Shown: one piece after another, positions 49,431-59,293 of the stretch
Numbering within the stretch: position 1 is the first letter of the stretch
Layout of the letters: every line of letters starts with the position of its first letter
NCBI GenBank assembly: GCA_964001175.1
Contig: CAXFAS010000007.1
Coordinates: forward strand, 9,611-73,610
Source of the DNA: an uncultured euryarchaeote
GTDB lineage: Archaea > Thermoplasmatota > Poseidoniia > Poseidoniales > Poseidoniaceae
Length of the DNA: 64,000 bases
Direction of reading: 5' to 3'
Made by a program: the position numbers and the translations under genes
The notes under the pieces: model-generated
What the model saw: the letters and a program-made list of their open reading frames with translations, nothing else
What the model was told of the DNA's origin: nothing
Databases searched by the model: none

Positions 49431-49696
49431 TAGAGATGCGAATATTGCAAAAAGAACAAGATTTGTCAGCAGAAATTTCTTCTTTCGAACTCTGTGAATC
49501 GGTTTTGCAATTTGAGGGAACCACCCGGTAACTTCGGACCTCCACTCATCTTGGAAACCAACTACAGATGGGTCAATGGCTGAAAGAATTCTCTCATCGT
49601 CGGGTTCTGGAAGTAATTCTACACTATCTAGACTAGTCAGTACGCCACCACCCTAGCATTCACTGTGAGGTGAAGCATTTAATGGCTTGTCTAAAA

Positions 49697-52600
49697 TCAG
49701 AATCTTGTAGAAGATTTGTTTCTAGCGACCTTTAGACCACCATATGCAACAAGAATCGCCAAAACAAATATGATAACCATCAACCATGCTGAATCCTCTT
49801 CAATTGTTTCTAAGGTGACTGGAACTATGAAGTCAAATGGCTCAATGTCTCCACCATCAGCAACAAACGTTGAATCATCACCTATTTCCACAGTCACTAG
49901 GAATCTAGGTTCCTTGATTGATGTTTCATTAATATCAAAGGTTGCCTCAACAGTTTGTCCCGAACCAACTGATATTGTTTGTGTACCATATGTTTCCAAA
50001 ACATTACCAGTATTATCAGTCATCTGCGCTGTAACATTAACTATTCCTGCAGAACGATATCCTGTATTTTCAACTGGAATGACCAATTGACCACCACCTA
50101 CTTCGTAAATGTAAGATTTCTCATTTATTGATGATTTATCAATACTTAGATCAATTCTTGCAGATTTGATATCGACTTCGACAGTAGTATTTGTAATTCC
50201 ATCTTCACTGGCGACTGTTATCCAAGCCTCTATCTCTCCTGATGTGAAATCAGAAGGTGCAAAGACTGTGAATTGCTGGTTTCTTGAATCTCCTTTAGAA
50301 ATCGTAACAGTAGAACTGCTTGGGGTAATTTGCCAGCCTTCAGGTATTTCATTAGATAATTCAACATTGAAAGTATCGTCTCCGTTACCGGTATTGGTTA
50401 ACATGAATGAGAACGTTGCAGTACTTCCTGGAGATACACCCGTTTCTTCAACTGCATCGGTAATCTCTAGTCCATATGTTTGAGGTATAGCTACATTCAT
50501 GAACATTGTACTTGAAACACCACCTTCATTCTCTAGATTAATAGTGATATCATGTCCTCTGTCAAAGCTCCATGAGGAACTGGTATTAGGCATCAAAATT
50601 CTAGTCTTGATAGTGCTTGAATTTGACACAGAATCATCAATATCCGATTCGCCGATTCCCATAGTTACATCAATTGAACTCTGCCATTCAGTTCCATTAT
50701 AGAACTCAACAGACCAAAGGCTAGAATCTTGACTTATGTCAATAATTCCAGAAACTGTAAATTGATCTGAACTTTCAGTTCCTTGATAAACTGAATCGAG
50801 TTCAAATTCTATTACTTTGTATTCCTCGCCATCCACCATTGCAGTCAATTCTTCCGGATTACCAATGTTGAATGTTGCGTTTGTTACAGAAGATTCATCT
50901 ATTGAAATTGATGTTTTTGAGTTTATTTTTCTTGAATAATCGATCTCTACATCCAAAATACCTTGCTCAACTGTTCGCATAGTAGTAAAGGAATAAGGCA
51001 TTGTAAGATTTCTCTGAAGAGTGTTGAATTGTGATTGCATTTCAACATCTCCAACAGGCATCAGTACACGGATTTCTCCGTCTTGGTCAACAGTGTAATT
51101 CCATTCTGCACCCAGTAATAAGTCGAATGAGATTTCAACCTCAGATTCAATCATCGAATAGCCAGAGTCAGAAGAACCAGTATGATGGTCTAAGAGGCTG
51201 ATATCTTGCCAATTGGTAGATATTTCAACCCAACCACCTGCAACCATTTCCATTTCCAATACTGCGCCTTCATTGATTGTAGCATCGAGATAGGATATTG
51301 CAATTCCTCCACCATTGTCGTCCAAATTACTACTTTCGACTACAACAATCCAATCACCAGGAACAATAACTTCGCTCCATGAAAGAGTTCCGTCAGAGTA
51401 TGTTCCATCAATGCTGATTGGGTCTCTATCATAACTTGAACTAGAGTATAGAGTTATAGAAGATCCATTTAATTGCAAATCCGGATTTGGCAGAGAAGTA
51501 GTTACTATACCACTTACGGCTACATTATTTGCATCAATTTCGATATCCTCAACAACAGTTACATCATTGACAACAAATCCGGAAACATTGTTACTAGAAT
51601 AATAAACCGTTTCATATCCGTCTTTGGATATTGATATATTGTAAACGTCTCTAATTGGAACGAATAAATTCCAATTACCATCAATATCTGTAGTAACTGT
51701 TTGGTTAATTTCAGAATTATTATTCCCGACTATAGTTACATTAACTCCTTCAATCCATTCACCTAGGTCTGAGACATTATCATCATTGAAGTCCCAAAAT
51801 ACATTTCCACCGATAAACACTTCTAGGTTAGCATATTGAATACCAAGGTCAATCGTATCGTTAACCACGCCAATTGTATTGAATGGAGCTTCCGAGGTAT
51901 TCAAGTACCAACTATCTGTTGAATTTGAAGATTCTAGGAATAAACTCCAACTTCCAGGCATTAGAATATCTGAAATATGTCCAGTATCATTAGAACCAGA
52001 CATTGTGATATTTCCATAACCATCTTGGCTCACAGCTATAACTCTAGCATTTACAATAGGTTCTTCAGTCAGAGACTCGAGTAATTGTAATGAAATTTCA
52101 GTAGCATTTACCATTTGTAAGTTAAGTCCTGTTCTCAAACTTGAATCTGCTCCAACAGTAAGTTCTTGACGTAGAATTGTAGTATTATCACCATCAACTA
52201 TCGGTGCAACAATTACAATCCAATCTCCAACAGGAACGTAGGCCGAAAAGTTTCCAAAGTCGTCTGAAGTAATACTAAACCAGTCATTTTCTTCTTCATT
52301 ATATAGTAAGAATTCTTTACCTACAGGTAGGCCAGAATCATCACTCAGCACACCATTGACTAACCTTTCATTACCTAGGAAGAAGTTTACAACTTGTGTT
52401 TCTGAGCTTTCAATCTCTACATAAATCTGTTCTGAGATATAGAAACTATTGAAATCAGTAGCATTTTCATCACTTGCAGAAGTCGAATTGAATGAAACAA
52501 TGTACTTACCCGGATTTAGGTTTAAAGTAATATTTCCAGTAGAATCATAATCATCAAAGCTGACATTGGTGACATCATTAGTTTCGCTAATTGAAGTTAG

Positions 52601-55600
52601 AGAAAATTCAGTAGAAACTAGAATACCAGTATCTACTGATTGATTTCCTGAAACATCTAGGTATACATTGAATTCTACATCATTAGACTCTGGATTTGCC
52701 ACCAATTCAATGAAATGAGTTGTAGCATTTTCTGTAATAGAGTGATCTGTCAAACCTGTAACATTTAATTCAGTCTGTTCAACTGTGAAACTGTATTGTC
52801 CATCCGGCAAAGTGAATCCAAATTGTCCGTTATCTGTAACAGGTCCAAGCCATTCAACACCCTTATCATCTTCAGCTATTATCATAGGCAGATAATTTTC
52901 AAAAGAGAAACCATTCCATGTAGTGTTATTGTCATATAAGAAAAGACCACCGCTGATATATCTTAGTTGAGTTAAGAATAAATCTTCAACCTCATAGGTC
53001 GAAGAATTGTTCAATGAGAAATAATGGCTTGTACCAAAATTACCGGTACTCTGGGCAATCAATTGGAATTCTAGATCCCCTGGTAATGTGATTTCATATT
53101 TTCCTTCTATGTCAGTTATGACTGTAAATTCTAAATCGTTAGATGTAGAAGTTAATAGAACTTCAACATTAGATGCTGGTGATGTTGAAGCATTTGCATC
53201 ACCTGTCTCACAATCTGCTAAATTCGAGGAAGTACATACCTTCATGTATCCGGATACTAAGGTTGCAATGGAATATTCTACTGCGAAATTCAAGTCTTCT
53301 TCCAAGTTAAAAGAATTAAACAATACGTAATCATCTGAATTGGAATCGCTTAATTGATATGAACCAGGAGTTAATTCAGCATTTATTATACCATTTTCAT
53401 CGGTTGTGAAGGAAACAGAAGTTGAAGAATTAGTTGAACTAATTTCAATCGTTCTATTGACTGTAGAGAACAACGGTTCGGATGTACTCGAATTCAAAGG
53501 AGAATTCAGTTGTATTGAAACATCAAACTTTTCAGGAATTATTGAAATCGGTTCGAATGAACCTGCTTCACTGCCTACCGAAAGGGTACTATTAATTTCA
53601 TAGAATCCATCCGAATCAACATCTATTCTAAATTGATATTCACCAGTAGAGACTGGTCCGTAGTAATACCCACCAGTTGAATTGGTTTCGACCTGAATTG
53701 AACTGGAGTCGTCAAGTAATAAGTCAGTAAGTTCAAAGGAAGAATTAGAGATATTGTCACCTGATAGATCAGTGATATTTCCTCGTAGAACTGAACCAGG
53801 AATTGACAATGATAAATCATAACTTGGCACTAATCCAACTGAGATAACATCAGGAAGCATTACTTCTCTACCATTTTCAAACATAGCATAAACTTCGTAA
53901 TCACCAGGGACAAGTCCGGTCTGATAAAATGAACCAGGACTTACCATTTCACCTGAGAAATCACCAATACCCGTGAATAATCCAGTTCCATTGAATGTCC
54001 CTGTTCCTTCAAAAGTACCTATACCTTCAAATGTTGATAATTCATGATTTTGCGATAAAACCGATACACCTGTTGAGGTAAATCTTCCATCTGCATCATA
54101 TTCGCCATCGATCATGTAAATCGGTAAATCACCAGAATCATCCATCAAACAAATTGTTTGATTAACAGGCATGGAAATGTTTTCACTATCATTAGAATCA
54201 ACAGTACAAGCAGTAATCTGGGAAGTATCTGCATCTATCCAAGTTGCTTTAATTGATCCAGAACCGTTCCATGTACCATTAGCAACGAAAGTTCGTCCAT
54301 CGTTGATAGTTCTAGTAAAAGTTCCAGTGAAATCAATTGCTGATGCGATACCATTGCTTACAAATGTACCGTTCTCAGTGAACTTAACTTCACCCTCACC
54401 TTGTAATATTCTAGTTTCATCTGTGGTAAATGAACCGTTAGTAGTTCTAATATTTACATCATCTGAAATCCCAAAAGTGCTCTTCAAAACAATGTCAGTG
54501 TCGACAAGAGCTTCGCCATCGAATAATTCATCTCCACTCCAAGCAATCGAACCTGAGATGCCGGAACTTGAAACTTGAATATCCATAGTTTGAGTAACTA
54601 GTTCAGTTCTGTTTGCTTGTTCTCCTGTAACATTGAGTTGAACTTCACCTAACCAAGTCATATTAGCAACATTTCCTAGTACGGCTGTAATTTCATTGAT
54701 TGTTCTATCTTCATTAACATCAACTAGTACATCGTTCAAGTTTTGAGCAAATGATCCATCTTGAATAGCATTCTGTGCAACGGTTAGATTCATGTTTCCT
54801 GTGAATGCACTAACTCTAATCTTTCCGGCAGGTGCCGTAAACGACCATTGTCCGTTTTCATCAGCATCTGTAAAGCCAATAGGAATCCAATATGTGTCAT
54901 TATCAAGATCTTCAGCACCTTCTCCGGAGAAAGCATCTCTTTCAACAAGTAATCTAACTCCTGAAAGGGGACTATCAGTATCTTCCATTGTTACTTGACC
55001 TGAGACCTCAGCTCCTGAGTAATACTTTAGAATCTTTACATATGTATTTGCTTGTCCGAATGAAAAGTTATTATCTTCATTATACCAATTGGCAATGACG
55101 AAATGATTCATCATTGCACCAGGCATAGGAAGTGCCTGTTGTAGATAGCTACCAGGGGTTCCCGACTGCCCAAAGTGTTGTGATGGTTGAGGGTTGCTCC
55201 ACGCTGTGGAAGTTTCAGCATTTACTCCTAATGATGATGCCCCATAACCGACATAAGCACGTGAGAGCATTGTATCAAAGAATGCTGGATTATGATCTAC
55301 TCTTACATCTTCTACTTGTAGAGGGTCAATGTCCAAACCTGCTTGTTGGTCAAGGAAGTCATCCGTCATCGCTTCATCGACTTGTTCCCTAGTCATTTCT
55401 TGAGGAATTCCGCCTCGGGTTGTTTCGTAGACTTCATTCATAAATGTAGATACATCTTGACCACTGAGAATTGTTGGAGCCCCAAAGATACCCATTGGTT
55501 GACCTTGGTTGTAATTGAAATCTGCTGTATATTTACCAGCTCTTGGGTAAAGTCTGTTATCGATTGCAAAATATCTAATTTCGTGATCTCTATCGATTGT

Positions 55601-58600
55601 TTCTCCTGGCAGACCTTCATAGTCTTGGACAGAATAATATTTCTCCATACCTATCAAATCATCGTAAAGATTTGTGATGCCATCCGAATCTAAACTATCA
55701 GATAATAATTGAACTGCAAGTGCAAGACGGGTGTTCTTTCTGTGTATGTGTGTTGAAACAGAAGAAAACTCCTCTTTTAGATCACTTGTGTACCAATACT
55801 CACCGAATATGTAATGAGTTGTGTCATAAGTTGATTCCTGACCTGAACGGACTTCGCTGTTGAAGGTTAAATTCGCATCATCAAAATTAGACCAGTCTCC
55901 ATCAACACAAGATGTTGAAACAATAGGGTCGCAAATTAATCTTTGACTATTTTGATAAATTCTCCAAAAATCATTAGACGTATCTGCTATTCCATCAATT
56001 CTATGGTGTCCTTCAGCCATGACAATGTCACGATTTGTCTGAATTACCTTGAACGAATAATCATCTATCATATCTTCCATTTTATCGAAGTCATCTTCTT
56101 CTTGCGAGGTCTTGAATAAAGCGAACTGTTCGTCACCTAGATGACTATCAACAATATTTTCAAATCCATTAGTTAATTCATAACCATCCCCATTAGAACT
56201 GGAGTAACTTAAATCGCCTTGAGCAAGTTGCCAGATAAACATTGAAATCAAATCATCTTGACTTCTAGCAAGAAGCATGTTACCAGATGCTGGAATTCCA
56301 GACTGGAAGTTATCAGAAACTGAAGGGTGTTCACCAGTATCTAGTGCTTGGAAACCATAATCCCACCATGATATGAAAGCAGGTCTTTCTGAAAATTTAT
56401 CTTGAGCATCTTGATTAGCAAGCCATTCATAGGCGCCATTCCATCCTTGATCATTAAATCCAGAACCAAAGGAACCAAGATACCAATTACCTGAGTAAGA
56501 ACTACTGTCTAATATGGAAAATCCAGCCAACTCCCATCTTAAAGCATCAGGTATAAGATTGAAAATTGTTTCATCAAGTTCATCTTCAGCCTCAACTGAA
56601 CTAGGTATAGCCGCATCTAGTCCATAAGTGAACTGTTGCCCGCCCAAAAGAACGAAAATCAATAGAATAGCTGAGAATGAGGGTGTTCTCCAAACAGCTT
56701 TCCTAGCACCTGTAATTCTGTCGGCTGGTGTTCTAATACCAAATTTCTTCCAGGTCTTTAGAAGGCCTTCCCAATTTGCTCTTCGCCAAAGTGAGGTAAT
56801 TCCCCAAGCACCAAGAACAGCAACTGCAGGAGTTGCATTGAACATAAATCTAGCAGCAGTCCAAGCCATGTAAGTTGCAGCGAAAATCCAAATTCCAAAT
56901 ACTAAGTGTGTTTGGTTTCTGTTTCTCAAAGCAGACCATAAACTGTAGAATCCCATGGTAAGAGCCAACACTAGTACAATTGGCCCTAATTGAGCAAATA
57001 GTTGACCTCTATCAGGAGCATTTGCTTCAGCAACAGTACCGAAAATCTTAGTCTTGGTGAAATAACCGCTACCGGTGAACAAAACATCCCATGCATTAGA
57101 TAAGTCAAATTGCTTTAGTGTCCATAATAGTACAAAGAAGATTGTCGCAATGACTGTCAGAGTTCCTAGGACTAACAGCCAAGGCTTATCTCTAAATCCA
57201 GTGGTAACATAAGAGATTACCAATGAAAATCCTAGTACAAACAGGAACGGTTGGAGACCTGTTCCGTCAAAGATTAAATCTAATTGTGGATGACCATAGA
57301 ATGGTAATGCCATTAATAGATTAACTCCAAGCATTGTCAAAAACAGTGCATTAATGGACGTAGAATCTCTTCTTCTAAACATATTCAATGCTACTTGAGC
57401 GAAATATGCCAAGAACAGAATACTCGGTCCGACTACGAAACCTTTCCAACCAAGAGATGCGACTCCAAAGGAGACACCTGCAAGAATTGCAAATGACATA
57501 GCAGCTTTTCTTTCTCGAGCTACAACACCAAACGATGCGAAAATATCAGACAATCTAGGAGAAGAATTTCTAGTTAGTCTTTCTGAACCAGAGAACTTCA
57601 CTGCTTTCATCCAATACATGAAACCTAGAGATATGAATAGCATCACAAAAGCATCGTGGTCAGCTAAAGCCCAAGTAGAGTGGCTAACGTGAGCAGGCAT
57701 GAATGAGATTAACCATGCAGCAACAACACTTGCAGACTTTCCGAAGTGATCTTTAGCAATTGTTGCTATTGGGAATATAGTTAGAGCACCATAAACTGCA
57801 GGAAGACCTAGCATTGCGTACCAAACTGCATCATCACCTAACATAGGTTCTAAGAGCATCGAAACTATAGCGATTGACCAAGTGAATAATGGAGGTCTTG
57901 GATTGACTCCACCTAATGGATATGCACGGTCAGCATCTACAATCAAATGTGCTTCGTTGGCAATAATATAGTCGACTACACGCTTCATGTACCAAGGGTC
58001 AGAACCACCAGTCATGTCCCAATTTCCAGTTCCATAAGCATTCATTGAAGGAACTACAAACCATTGCATACGGATTACAAGTCCAAAGAAGAACGCCATT
58101 CCAACCATTATACTGGCCCAATGAGCATTCCAGAATTTTCTAGCCCCGCTAATTTCGTGGTCTTCTCTGTTAGACCATCCACCCCACTTCTCGTGTGTTG
58201 AAATCATATAAATTCCAACACAAATGAAGAAAGTAATACCTAGCCAAATCAAAGCACCCCAGGTGCCATCAAGTTGATCAGCTTGCCACATTCCTCTTTC
58301 ATACCAAGAAGATACTTGATAAAGAGCCCACATTGAACCTGTTAGCATTGCTCTGGTATACCATCTCTCAGCAACCATTCCAGCAACAATAAATGCAATC
58401 ATACCAGTGAAGAATGCTGCCCAGAATCCAAAGTGACCATGGTAACCCTCAACGCTGGTAATTCCTAATTTATCTGCCATGGAGACAGAATCAAAGTGCC
58501 ACAAACTTCCGATGTGTGCTAAAATCCAAACCAATAAAGCGATTTGCAAAGGAAGGGTTGACTTATTCCATGCTGATTGTGAAGATTTGATGTTACTGAA

Positions 58601-59275
58601 CCAACCCTCTTCGGATTCAGCGTTCAGTATGCCTCTTGTCAAAACAGCAACTAATAGGCCAAGCAATACAAATATCATCATGTAACTGAAGAATATGTAA
58701 CCTAAAGCCTGTCTTTGTAAATTTAGGGTTGAAACAAAACCACCATCTGCTCTTTCAAAAATTGTATCCAATTCTGGATTATAGAACAGTGCTGCTATCA
58801 TTCCTAAGTTTATACCAACTGCAGCAAATACCGTTACTGTAGACCATTCAAATCTGCCTCTTGAGTCAAAGAAGTATACTAAAAATGTAACTACAAGGAA
58901 CTGTAAAGCAGTGAATGCACTCAAGTCAGTAAGGTGAATGATTGCTTGGTGCCCAACCAATGCAACACCAAGTGCTGCGAGGGAAATGGTTGCGGAACCG
59001 TAAGGAATCAAATCATTGTTCTTTAGGATACGTGGTACAGTACCCAAAATTCCAGCGATGACGATGACTAGCATCGGCATCAAGTTGTCTTGATTCAAGT
59101 CGAAGTCTATGCCTACGACTTTGATGGCTGCGATAGCAAGCAAGACTGCTAGGGGGGCAATAAGCCATCCCAGCAGTGGTGCCGGCGCGGTTCGCGGACT
59201 ACCTATTTTTTCTTCCATTTTCTTTCCCTCTGTGTTGTTTTCGCGACAGCCTAAAGGCTGAAGCGTCTTCGCCAC
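49697..59275 (-). CDS. aglB: giant oligosaccharyltransferase AglB/STT3 fusion (3192 codons): extra N-terminal multi-TM module + STT3 core + ~2,200 aa repetitive ectodomain + C-terminal TM
   Basis: GSDPWYMKR encoded at ~57989-58006, ALADHDAF, GTVAEANAP, WWDYG encoded at 56354-56368, and SDNFQSG. CarboxypepD_reg-like and NEW3/CARDB-like modules. C-terminus WLMVIIFVLAILVAYGGLKVARNKSSTRF. The track start is GTG 59275, and ATG 59218 preceded by gagggaaagaaa is a plausible alternative. Confidence 0.85.
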   Translation of the reverse strand: MAKTLQPLGCRENNTEGKKMEEKIGSPRTAPAPLLGWLIAPLAVLLAIAAIKVVGIDFDLNQDNLMPMLVIVIAGILGTVPRILKNNDLIPYGSATISLAALGVALVGHQAIIHLTDLSAFTALQFLVVTFLVYFFDSRGRFEWSTVTVFAAVGINLGMIAALFYNPELDTIFERADGGFVSTLNLQRQALGYIFFSYMMIFVLLGLLVAVLTRGILNAESEEGWFSNIKSSQSAWNKSTLPLQIALLVWILAHIGSLWHFDSVSMADKLGITSVEGYHGHFGFWAAFFTGMIAFIVAGMVAERWYTRAMLTGSMWALYQVSSWYERGMWQADQLDGTWGALIWLGITFFICVGIYMISTHEKWGGWSNREDHEISGARKFWNAHWASIMVGMAFFFGLVIRMQWFVVPSMNAYGTGNWDMTGGSDPWYMKRVVDYIIANEAHLIVDADRAYPLGGVNPRPPLFTWSIAIVSMLLEPMLGDDAVWYAMLGLPAVYGALTIFPIATIAKDHFGKSASVVAAWLISFMPAHVSHSTWALADHDAFVMLFISLGFMYWMKAVKFSGSERLTRNSSPRLSDIFASFGVVARERKAAMSFAILAGVSFGVASLGWKGFVVGPSILFLAYFAQVALNMFRRRDSTSINALFLTMLGVNLLMALPFYGHPQLDLIFDGTGLQPFLFVLGFSLVISYVTTGFRDKPWLLVLGTLTVIATIFFVLLWTLKQFDLSNAWDVLFTGSGYFTKTKIFGTVAEANAPDRGQLFAQLGPIVLVLALTMGFYSLWSALRNRNQTHLVFGIWIFAATYMAWTAARFMFNATPAVAVLGAWGITSLWRRANWEGLLKTWKKFGIRTPADRITGARKAVWRTPSFSAILLIFVLLGGQQFTYGLDAAIPSSVEAEDELDETIFNLIPDALRWELAGFSILDSSSYSGNWYLGSFGSGFNDQGWNGAYEWLANQDAQDKFSERPAFISWWDYGFQALDTGEHPSVSDNFQSGIPASGNMLLARSQDDLISMFIWQLAQGDLSYSSSNGDGYELTNGFENIVDSHLGDEQFALFKTSQEEDDFDKMEDMIDDYSFKVIQTNRDIVMAEGHHRIDGIADTSNDFWRIYQNSQRLICDPIVSTSCVDGDWSNFDDANLTFNSEVRSGQESTYDTTHYIFGEYWYTSDLKEEFSSVSTHIHRKNTRLALAVQLLSDSLDSDGITNLYDDLIGMEKYYSVQDYEGLPGETIDRDHEIRYFAIDNRLYPRAGKYTADFNYNQGQPMGIFGAPTILSGQDVSTFMNEVYETTRGGIPQEMTREQVDEAMTDDFLDQQAGLDIDPLQVEDVRVDHNPAFFDTMLSRAYVGYGASSLGVNAETSTAWSNPQPSQHFGQSGTPGSYLQQALPMPGAMMNHFVIANWYNEDNNFSFGQANTYVKILKYYSGAEVSGQVTMEDTDSPLSGVRLLVERDAFSGEGAEDLDNDTYWIPIGFTDADENGQWSFTAPAGKIRVSAFTGNMNLTVAQNAIQDGSFAQNLNDVLVDVNEDRTINEITAVLGNVANMTWLGEVQLNVTGEQANRTELVTQTMDIQVSSSGISGSIAWSGDELFDGEALVDTDIVLKSTFGISDDVNIRTTNGSFTTDETRILQGEGEVKFTENGTFVSNGIASAIDFTGTFTRTINDGRTFVANGTWNGSGSIKATWIDADTSQITACTVDSNDSENISMPVNQTICLMDDSGDLPIYMIDGEYDADGRFTSTGVSVLSQNHELSTFEGIGTFEGTGTFNGTGLFTGIGDFSGEMVSPGSFYQTGLVPGDYEVYAMFENGREVMLPDVISVGLVPSYDLSLSIPGSVLRGNITDLSGDNISNSSFELTDLLLDDSSSIQVETNSTGGYYYGPVSTGEYQFRIDVDSDGFYEINSTLSVGSEAGSFEPISIIPEKFDVSIQLNSPLNSSTSEPLFSTVNRTIEISSTNSSTSVSFTTDENGIINAELTPGSYQLSDSNSDDYVLFNSFNLEEDLNFAVEYSIATLVSGYMKVCTSSNLADCETGDANASTSPASNVEVLLTSTSNDLEFTVITDIEGKYEITLPGDLEFQLIAQSTGNFGTSHYFSLNNSSTYEVEDLFLTQLRYISGGLFLYDNNTTWNGFSFENYLPMIIAEDDKGVEWLGPVTDNGQFGFTLPDGQYSFTVEQTELNVTGLTDHSITENATTHFIELVANPESNDVEFNVYLDVSGNQSVDTGILVSTEFSLTSISETNDVTNVSFDDYDSTGNITLNLNPGKYIVSFNSTSASDENATDFNSFYISEQIYVEIESSETQVVNFFLGNERLVNGVLSDDSGLPVGKEFLLYNEEENDWFSITSDDFGNFSAYVPVGDWIVIVAPIVDGDNTTILRQELTVGADSSLRTGLNLQMVNATEISLQLLESLTEEPIVNARVIAVSQDGYGNITMSGSNDTGHISDILMPGSWSLFLESSNSTDSWYLNTSEAPFNTIGVVNDTIDLGIQYANLEVFIGGNVFWDFNDDNVSDLGEWIEGVNVTIVGNNNSEINQTVTTDIDGNWNLFVPIRDVYNISISKDGYETVYYSSNNVSGFVVNDVTVVEDIEIDANNVAVSGIVTTSLPNPDLQLNGSSITLYSSSSYDRDPISIDGTYSDGTLSWSEVIVPGDWIVVVESSNLDDNGGGIAISYLDATINEGAVLEMEMVAGGWVEISTNWQDISLLDHHTGSSDSGYSMIESEVEISFDLLLGAEWNYTVDQDGEIRVLMPVGDVEMQSQFNTLQRNLTMPYSFTTMRTVEQGILDVEIDYSRKINSKTSISIDESSVTNATFNIGNPEELTAMVDGEEYKVIEFELDSVYQGTESSDQFTVSGIIDISQDSSLWSVEFYNGTEWQSSIDVTMGIGESDIDDSVSNSSTIKTRILMPNTSSSWSFDRGHDITINLENEGGVSSTMFMNVAIPQTYGLEITDAVEETGVSPGSTATFSFMLTNTGNGDDTFNVELSNEIPEGWQITPSSSTVTISKGDSRNQQFTVFAPSDFTSGEIEAWITVASEDGITNTTVEVDIKSARIDLSIDKSSINEKSYIYEVGGGQLVIPVENTGYRSAGIVNVTAQMTDNTGNVLETYGTQTISVGSGQTVEATFDINETSIKEPRFLVTVEIGDDSTFVADGGDIEPFDFIVPVTLETIEEDSAWLMVIIFVLAILVAYGGLKVARNKSSTRF

Positions 59276-59293
59276 TTTAGAACCTCTTTTAAT

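Noticed and set aside
49345-49545. 66-aa GTG-initiated ORF overlapping the subtilase 5' region.
   Set aside because: It is out of frame with the S8 gene, and its translation (MEVRSYRVVPSNCKTDSQ...) has no protein-like features. The relevant observation is the open S8 frame upstream of its ATG, which is reported as a finding.
23930-59275. The surface island as an integrated mobile element or prophage.
   Set aside because: I could not recognise any integrase, transposase, terminase, capsid gene, tRNA target or flanking direct repeats. Gene content is cellular envelope functions. Horizontal origin of individual genes (e.g. the TSP3 giant) remains possible but cannot be tested by eye.
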